32,000 nucleotides of DNA, from contig NZ_CP065936.1 of the NCBI RefSeq assembly GCF_003367075.2, forward strand, positions 3,690,001-3,722,000, read 5' to 3'. The notes beneath the pieces were generated by a model. That model worked only from the letters and a program-made list of their open reading frames with translations. It did no database searches and was not told the origin of the DNA. This document shows, piece after piece, positions 10,029 through 15,575 of the stretch. The translations under genes were made by a program, and so were the position numbers. The stretch's first letter is position 1. Each line of letters starts with the position of its first letter. This DNA comes from Cylindrospermopsis raciborskii Cr2010. Its GTDB lineage: Bacteria > Cyanobacteriota > Cyanobacteriia > Cyanobacteriales > Nostocaceae.

Positions 10029-10264
10029 ACACCATTGGAGCGTTCCAGGGATCTAGGAGTCCCATGACGACCACAAACCGCTGGTGGCCATTCCCACAAC
10101 GCACCTGCGACAACAGAGGTTAAATCAGGGGCGAAACGGTCTGCAATAATAATCACATTAAAACCAGCTTCTCTCAGACAGATAGCGGTTGTTAGACCGC
10201 TTACCCCTGCCCCAATTACTAAAATATTGACATCATTATGTTGGTTTGGCACTATCTTTACCAT
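10025..10264 (-). CDS. FAD-binding N-terminal fragment (Rossmann beta-alpha-beta) of the same DAO-type oxidoreductase, in a different frame from the 7815-10028 ORF
   Basis: NILVIGAGVSGLTTAICLREAGFNVIIIADRF...AGALWEWP matches the DAAO N-terminus. Its stop overlaps the next ORF's start as ATGA. Confidence 0.7.
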   Translation of the reverse strand: MVKIVPNQHNDVNILVIGAGVSGLTTAICLREAGFNVIIIADRFAPDLTSVVAGALWEWPPAVCGRHGTPRSLERSNGV

Positions 10265-10863
10265 AATTGACTCTCCGCTCTATAGGATCTACCCAAAGCT
10301 ACTCAGACCTTTGGTCTTGAATTGTTTCAAACTGCCAACCTCTTACCTTTAGGTATGGGGATTCACCAGACTGGTAGGGTTCAAAATCAAACACTTTTAA
10401 TTGAACACCAATCTAGTCACAGCCATGTTTCCTAACCTCAATCCGTATGGATTGATGAGTCTTAGGGATGACTTTTGCTCTGTCCGCACGTAGGGGCTTT
10501 TTATTTTTTGGGAAGACCAATCCCATTCAAGTTTTATCTAATTTTGGGAAGATTACAACTAGAAATTGTTAATAAATCATAAAGAAAATGGAGTGTGAGC
10601 ATTTGTAAAAAAAGTGCACAGATTTCGATTATCAGAGTATCATCCCCAAGAGACAATAGTCAACCCCTACCATTGAAAAAAAATCGGCGCGTGGGTAAAT
10701 AGATATCCTCGCTTGAAATTAATAGGACTTCCGGTGTAATTACCAAAGATGGGGAAAATCCTGCGGTGCTGTAATAGGAGATAGATAGCGATCGCTCTTT
10801 CGCGAGGGGAATATCAAATATTAGTAGTATTGAAACACCAGTGGGATATAGATTTCCATTATT

Positions 10864-10884
10864 GTTGGGTGGAGAAAACCCAAC
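10864..10884. other. Conserved hairpin of the repeat unit: GTTGGGT (7-bp stem), GGAGAAA loop, ACCCAAC
   Basis: A perfect 7-bp stem is also present at 6203-6223, at 11354-11374 and in copy 6 (about 13116-13136). In copy 5 the outer stem base is mutated (ATTGGGT). Confidence 0.6.
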
Positions 10885-10964
10885 AGGCAATTTACCAAAC
10901 GTGACCAAATTATTTGGGGTTGTATAACTTAAAATGGTTGTACAATCGTATTAACCCATAAATT

Positions 10965-11079
10965 CATATATAAATATAAAAGATAAACAATAAGAAAAAA
11001 TTATGTTTATAGGGGGTTGAGATAAGTTTTTCTGTGGTCGAAGGGATAAAAATGTGGTATTATGAAGGTTGATTATAAT
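10965..11079 (+). promoter_or_regulatory. AT-rich promoter-like cassette inside the repeat unit (representative copy), ending in TGGTATTAT and TATAAT
   Basis: The sequence is CATATATAAATATAAAAGATAAACAATAAGAAAAAATT...GGTTGAGATAAG...AAAATGTGGTATTATGAAGGTTGATTATAAT. TATAAT hexamers at the cassette end lie at 6402, 11074, 11564, 11867, 12742, 13397 and 14598. The AT-rich upstream part looks like an UP element. No experimental evidence is available. Confidence 0.4.
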
Positions 11080-11942
11080 GGAGTGTAAGCATTTATAAAA
11101 AAAGTGCACAGATTTCCATTGTCAGAGTATCATCCCCAAGAGACAATAGTCAACCCCTACCATTGAAAAAAAATCGGCGCGTGGGTAAATAGATATCCTC
11201 GCTTGAAATTAATAGGACTTCCGGTGTAATTACCAAAGATGGGGAAAATCCTGCGGTGCTGTAATAGGAGATAGATAGCGATCGCTCTTTCGCGAGGGGA
11301 ATATCAAATATTAGTAGTATTGAAACACCAGTGGGATATAGATTTCCATTATTGTTGGGTGGAGAAAACCCAACAGGCAATTTACCAAACGTGACCAAAT
11401 TATTTGGGGTTGTATAACTTAAAATGGTTGTACAATCGTATTAACCCATAAATTCATATATAAATATAAAAGATAAACAATAAGAAAAAATTATGTTTAT
11501 AGGGGGTTGAGATAAGTTTTTCTGTGGTCGAAGGGATAAAAATGTGGTATTATGAAGGTTGATTATAATGGAGTGTAAGCATTTATAAAAAAAGTGCACA
11601 GATTTCCATTATCAGAGTATCATCCCCAAGAGACAATAGTCAACCCCTACCATTGAAAAAAAATCGGCGCGTGGGAAATAGATATCCTCACTTGAAATTA
11701 ATAGGACTTGCGGTGTAATTACCAAAGATGGGGAAAATCCTGCGGTGCTGTAATAGGAGATAGATGGCGATCGCTCTTTCGCGAAGGGGAATATCAAATA
11801 TCAGTAGGGTTGAGATAAGTTTTTCTGTGGTCGAAGGGATAAAAATGTGGTATTATGAAGGTTGATTATAATGGAGTGTGAGCATTTATAAAAAAAGTGC
11901 ATAGATTTCCATTGTCAGAGTATCATCCCCAAGAGACAATAG

Positions 11943-12299
11943 TCAACCCCTACCATTGAAAAAAAATCGGCGCGTGGGTAAATAGATATCCTCGCTTGAA
12001 ATTAATAGGACTTGCGGTGTAATTACCAAAGATGGGAAAAATCCTGACAAAAAATCTCTCTCCTGCGCTTCTGCTTGATGCTCCCTAACCAGTGGTTCTC
12101 CTTCCCATCCACCAATAACTTCCTCAAAAAAACCAGGAAACCAGCCCCTATTTTGAGGCGTAATTATAGGTGTATTTTCCGTGATATCTTCAAGAATAGA
12201 TGTGATTTCTTCTTCTAAAGTCCGTTGATGACTTTGAGCAAGATATTTGAGTTTTTCAAGAACGATAGGATTAAGCTTTTGCAAAATAACTGGAGTCAT
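11943..12299 (-). CDS. Ribbon-helix-helix (Arc/MetJ-like) antitoxin-type protein; the last roughly 34 codons are read from repeat sequence
   Basis: MTPVILQKLNPIVLEKLKYLAQSHQRTLEEEITSILEDI is RHH-like. GFFEEVIGGWEGEPLVREHQAEAQERD is a tail I recognise from small cyanobacterial antitoxin-like proteins. From 12046 downward the ORF continues into array copy 4, and its tail is the same as in the repeat-derived ORFs (...SLVITPQVLLISSEDIYLPTRRFFFNGRG). Confidence 0.6.
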   Translation of the reverse strand: MTPVILQKLNPIVLEKLKYLAQSHQRTLEEEITSILEDITENTPIITPQNRGWFPGFFEEVIGGWEGEPLVREHQAEAQERDFLSGFFPSLVITPQVLLISSEDIYLPTRRFFFNGRG

Positions 12300-12964
12300 A
12301 AAACCTATAAAGTAAAACCAACCTTAGCTAACTATATTTTAACCCCCCCATGGAGAAAAAATCGGCGCCTAGATATCCTCACTTGAAATTAATAGGACTT
12401 CCGGTGTAATTACCAAAGATGGGGAAAATCCTGCGGTGCTGTAATAGGAGATAGATAGCGATCGCTCTTTCGCGAAGGGGGGAAACATCAAATATTAGTA
12501 GTATTGAAACACTAGCGGGATATAGATTTCCATTATTATTGGGTGGAGAAAACCCAACAGACAATTTACCAAACGTGACCAAATTATTTGGGATTGTATA
12601 ACTTAAAATGGTTGTACAATCGTATTAACCCATAGATTCGTATATAAAAGATAAACAATAAGAAAAAATTATATTTATAGGGGGTTGAGATAAGTTTTTC
12701 TGTGGTCGAAGGGATAAAAATGTGGTACTATGAGGGTTGAGTATAATGGAGTGTGAGCATTCGCGAAAAAAGTGCACAGATTTCCATTATGAGGGTATCA
12801 TGTCCAAGAGACAATAGTCAACCCCCCCGATGGAGAAAAAAATGGGCGCGGGGGTAATTACCAAAGATGGGAAAAATCGTGCGGTGCTAGGAGATAGATA
12901 AGGAGTAGTGATCGCTCGCGAATATCAAATAGTAGTGAGTGGAATTAAATATAAGACAATGTAG

Positions 12965-12989
12965 GTTGGGTTGAAGGATGAAACCCAAC
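12965..12989. repeat. Second type of GTTGGGTT/AACCCAAC hairpin (8-bp stem, 9-nt loop) inside the insert that interrupts array copy 6
   Basis: The sequence is GTTGGGTT-GAAGGATGA-AACCCAAC. It resembles a short palindromic repeat family I have seen in Nostocales genomes; this comes from memory and was not checked. Confidence 0.4.
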
Positions 12990-13338
12990 GCCCGCATGGA
13001 TAAACCATCCTACAAATAATTGTGCCTACCTACAAGCGATCGCTCTTTCGCGAAGGGGGGAACATCAAATATTAGTAGTATTGAAACACCAGCGGGATAT
13101 AGATTTCCATTATTGTTGGGTGGAGAAAACCCAACAGGCAATTTACCAAACGTGACCAAATTATTTGGGGTTGTATAACTTAAAATGGTTGTACAATCGT
13201 ATTAACCCATAAATTCGTATATAAAAGATAAACAATAAGAAAAAATTATATTTATAGGGGGTTGAGATAAGTTTTTCTGTGGTCGAAGGGATAAAAATAG
13301 CGCTCAAATACGTGAAAATATTAAGTTAGTCCCTTAAC

Positions 13339-13402
13339 TTATATATAAAAGATGAACAATAAGAAAAAACTATGTTTATGGGATGGTAAGATAATTTATA
13401 AT
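13339..13402 (+). promoter_or_regulatory. Shortened variant of the AT-rich cassette, again ending in TATAAT (13397-13402)
   Basis: ATATATAAAAGATGAACAATAAGAAAAAACTATGTTTATGGGATGGTAAGATAATTTATAAT is most similar to the solo-copy version at 6298-6350. It points towards the 3' end of the minus-strand gene at 13469-13852, so it is antisense to that gene. Confidence 0.3.
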
Positions 13403-13468
13403 GAATCCCCGTCTCTTTAGAGCGGGGAGAGGTGAAAACATGAGGACTAGGTAACGATTTAGACTTAC

Positions 13469-13852
13469 TTAACTAGTAGTTCCTAATAAAGCTTTCTTTG
13501 CTGCAATTAAATTATTAATCTCCGCGTTAAGGTCTTTTAAAATTTCCTTAATTGTGTCCACTGTCAGAATTTTGCTTTCAGAAACCTGTTTTTTCTCGCC
13601 CCTGTAATATGCAATTAATTGATCAATTTGCTCGACAGTTAATCCTTTTGTATCAACACTATAATATGAATACAGAATTAAGTCATCAGTTTGCTGGGCA
13701 GTTAGTCCTGTTGTATCAATAATAGACTGTACACCTACAAAGTCTACGGGAGTAGCAATAGCGATAGGTGGAGCAAACAACAAGCTGCCAATTGAAACCA
13801 ACAATACTAATGAGTAGACAAGCAGATTTTTTAAGGAAGTAAAGAATTTCAT
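13469..13852 (-). CDS. Small secreted or membrane-anchored hypothetical protein with an internal duplication
   Basis: The N-terminus is signal-like (MKFFTSLKNLLVYSLVLLVSIGSLLFAPPIAIA). Two related segments follow (DTTGLTAQQTDDLILYSYY and DTKGLTVEQIDQLIAYYRG). I did not recognise a family. Confidence 0.55.
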   Translation of the reverse strand: MKFFTSLKNLLVYSLVLLVSIGSLLFAPPIAIATPVDFVGVQSIIDTTGLTAQQTDDLILYSYYSVDTKGLTVEQIDQLIAYYRGEKKQVSESKILTVDTIKEILKDLNAEINNLIAAKKALLGTTS

Positions 13853-13982
13853 TTTTACGTGTTCGGTAAGTTTACGCTCAGTATACTAACATCTTTAGCT
13901 ATAAAAATATCTGAAAATTTAATATGACTTAACATTTTAGTTAGTTGCATACGAAAAAAGAACAGGTCACGAGGTTCATAAT

Positions 13983-14503
13983 AGAGTTGTTGGAAAATAA
14001 GGGATAATAATCAAGCAGACAAGTAGGGTGACATTAATGTTGAAGTTAGACCGCGTCCTGAATCAAGAACGAGTGATTATTCGGACGAAAACCAGAGCAG
14101 GTAAAGTGCATGACAAACGGTTACTCCATGAATCAGAGATAGTGCAATACATTCCTGATGAAGTAGCAATAGAGGGAGATTTGGGTTTTCATGGGTTGGA
14201 GAAAGAATTTGTCAATGTCCATTTACCACACAAGAAACCGAAAGGTAAGGAGTTAACACAGCAGCAAAAGGAGGAGAATCGAGAACTCAGTCGTCAGCGA
14301 GTTGTGTGTGAGCACGCTCACTCTGGAATTAAGAGATATAACTGTGTACATTCTGTATATAGGAATCGTGTGACCGATTTTGATGATCAATTGATGTTGG
14401 TCAGTGCAGGGCTATGGAACTTCTATTTAGATGCAGCATAAATTCAATCGGGATGGGGGAAGTTCTGTCATCCGGAAATATGCTTTTATTTCCCAACAGC
14501 TCT
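13983..14503 (+). mobile_element. Internally deleted IS5/Harbinger-like (DDE_Tnp_4-type) insertion sequence of about 520 bp with recognisable terminal inverted repeats
   Basis: The left end GAGTTGTTGGAAAATAAGGG (13984-14003) matches the reverse complement of the right end GAGCTGTTGGGAAATAAAAGC (14482-14502) at 16 of 20 positions. If the ends are drawn as AGAG...CTCT, AAT flanks both sides, which may be a 3-bp duplication. Only the C-terminal part of a transposase is encoded. Confidence 0.6.
14028..14441 (+). pseudogene. Transposase fragment (C-terminal DDE region, IS5/Harbinger-type)
   Basis: ...GDLGFHGLEKEFVNVHLPHKKPKGKELTQQQKEENRELSRQRVVCEHAHSGIKRYNCVHSVYRNR... is the conserved C-terminal block of these transposases, which are about 250 aa long. 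The N-terminal half is missing and the ORF starts at a GTG. Confidence 0.65.
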
Positions 14504-14514
14504 AATACATGTAT

Positions 14515-14603
14515 CATATATAAATATAAAGATGAACAATAAGAAAAAATTAAGTTTTTTGTGGTCAAAGGGAAAAATGGGAAAAATTTTGTAGCGATAT
14601 AAT
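14515..14603 (+). promoter_or_regulatory. Copy of the AT-rich cassette placed as the likely promoter of the DUF29-DUF29-dam genes
   Basis: The sequence is CATATATAAATATAAAGATGAACAATAAGAAAAAATTAAGTTTTTTGTGGTCAAAGGGAAAAATGGG...GCGATATAAT. TATAAT lies at 14598-14603, 49 nt before the ATG at 14652. The cassette starts 12 nt after the IS right end. Confidence 0.4.
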
Positions 14604-14651
14604 TTAGGAGATAGGAGGAATAGCGATCGCTGGCGAAAAGGAGAAATTAGG

Positions 14652-15125
14652 ATGAATGCTACCAACTATGATGAGGATATTGTCGCTTGGGCAAATCAAC
14701 AGGCTAAATTTATACGCAGTCGCCAATTTCACTTGCTTGACCTGGAGCATATTGCGGAGGAAATAGAGGATGTGGGTAAGAGCGAACAAAGGGAACTAGC
14801 TAGTCGCATGGCTGTCTTGTTATGTCATCTCCTTAAATGGCAGTATCAACCTTTGCTCAGGGGGTCCAGTTGGCAAGCAACAATTAGAACCCAACGGGAC
14901 CGTATTAGATGTCGCTTGCAGAAAACGCCTAGCTTAAAAACTTGTTTACAAGACCCAGAGTGGTGGTTAGATGCTTGGGCAGATGCAAAAGATGCTGCAA
15001 GCCAACAAACCTCTATTGCTTATGACCAGTTCCCTGAACAATTCCCCTGGGATGGCGATCGCATACTAACGGAAAACTGGTTTCCGGAACTTGAGGAAGG
15101 TGAAGAATACTATGAGTCTTTATGA
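14652..15125 (+). CDS. DUF29 family protein (copy 1)
   Basis: YDEDIVAWANQQAKFIRSRQFHLLDLEHIAEEIEDVGKSEQRELASRMAVLLCHLLKWQYQP...SSWQATIRTQRDRI...TPSLK is the DUF29 signature as I remember it. Confidence 0.8.
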   Translation: MNATNYDEDIVAWANQQAKFIRSRQFHLLDLEHIAEEIEDVGKSEQRELASRMAVLLCHLLKWQYQPLLRGSSWQATIRTQRDRIRCRLQKTPSLKTCLQDPEWWLDAWADAKDAASQQTSIAYDQFPEQFPWDGDRILTENWFPELEEGEEYYESL

Positions 15126-15552
15126 AACGGATTTTTATGCATGGACGCAACATCAAGCTAAGGCTATAAAAGAGGGTAAATGGGAATGTTTGGATTTACC
15201 AAACCTGTGGGAGGAGATAGAAGCTTTGGGGAGAAGGGAAAAAAAGGAGCTGAGAAACCGCTTGGGAGTTTTACTGGGACATCTGCTCAAATGGGAGTAT
15301 CAAGCAAAATTCAGAGGTAATAGCTGGTTAGCGACGGTTCGAGAGCAAAGAAGAGAAATAAAAGTCCTTTTGGAAGAGAATCCCAGTCTCAAACCATATA
15401 CCAAAGAAGTCCTTCTTGCAGCATATCAAAATGGGTTAGACCTAGCTGTACGTGAAACCGGGTTTTCTTATGACCTTTTTCCCCAATCCTGTCCTTATTC
15501 CTGGGAACAAACTTTGGATGGAGACTTTTTTCCCACAGAGAGGACGAAGTAA
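15112..15552 (+). CDS. DUF29 family protein (copy 2)
   Basis: MSLYETDFYAWTQHQAKAIKEGKWECLDLPNLWEEIEALGRREKKELRNRLGVLLGHLLKWEYQ...NSWLATVREQRREI...NPSLK is a paralogue of the upstream gene. The ATG at 15112 overlaps the end of copy 1 by 14 nt. The track ORF starts at a TTG at 15091. Confidence 0.8.
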   Translation: MSLYETDFYAWTQHQAKAIKEGKWECLDLPNLWEEIEALGRREKKELRNRLGVLLGHLLKWEYQAKFRGNSWLATVREQRREIKVLLEENPSLKPYTKEVLLAAYQNGLDLAVRETGFSYDLFPQSCPYSWEQTLDGDFFPTERTK

Positions 15553-15575
15553 AATTATAGGAATTCCTCAGATTT

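Larger units (their letters stand above)
10588..13298. repeat. Head-to-tail tandem array of a non-coding unit of about 490 bp (about six copies, two intact)
   Basis: My manual alignment gives these copies:
- Copy 1: 10588-11077.
- Copy 2: 11078-11567.
- Copy 3: 11568-11870, with an internal deletion of about 187 bp.
- Copy 4: 11871-12046, truncated at the junction with the RHH gene.
- Copy 5: about 12341-12744, 5'-truncated.
- Copy 6: 12745-13298, degenerate and interrupted by an unrelated insert of about 100 bp at about 12939-13035.

Copies 1 and 2 differ at 4 positions, all within the first 45 nt. The two identical 82-aa track ORFs (10660..10908 and 11150..11398) are a by-product of this repeat. 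Confidence 0.9.

Noticed and set aside
10660-12582. Track ORFs inside the repeat array (10660..10908, 11150..11398, 11612..11797, 12379..12582), considered as protein-coding genes.
   Set aside because: - They are exact or near copies generated by the DNA repeat.
- Their composition is not protein-like (for example ...SPPNNNGNLYPTGVSILLIFDIPLAKERSLSISYYSTAGFSPSLV...).
- They have no SD sequence or recognisable domain.
- Their boundaries shift with indels between copies, so the conservation is at the DNA level, not the protein level.
10588-13298. The array as a CRISPR locus. Each unit contains ...AGTAGTATTGAAAC, and its reverse complement GTTTCAATACTACTAAT...CCCCTCGCGA faintly resembles cyanobacterial CRISPR repeats.
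   Set aside because: The periodicity is about 490 bp, not 60-80 bp, and the sequence between the motifs is itself repeated, so there are no unique spacers. No cas genes are in the window. At most the motif could be a degenerate relic, which I cannot substantiate.
10588-13298. The array as the known NsiR1 sRNA tandem array of heterocystous cyanobacteria.
   Set aside because: As I recall it, the NsiR1 array has much shorter units and lies upstream of hetF. Neither hetF nor a clear TCCGGA (DIF-type) motif in the right place is seen here; only TTCCGGTG occurs. I kept NsiR1 only as a conceptual analogy.
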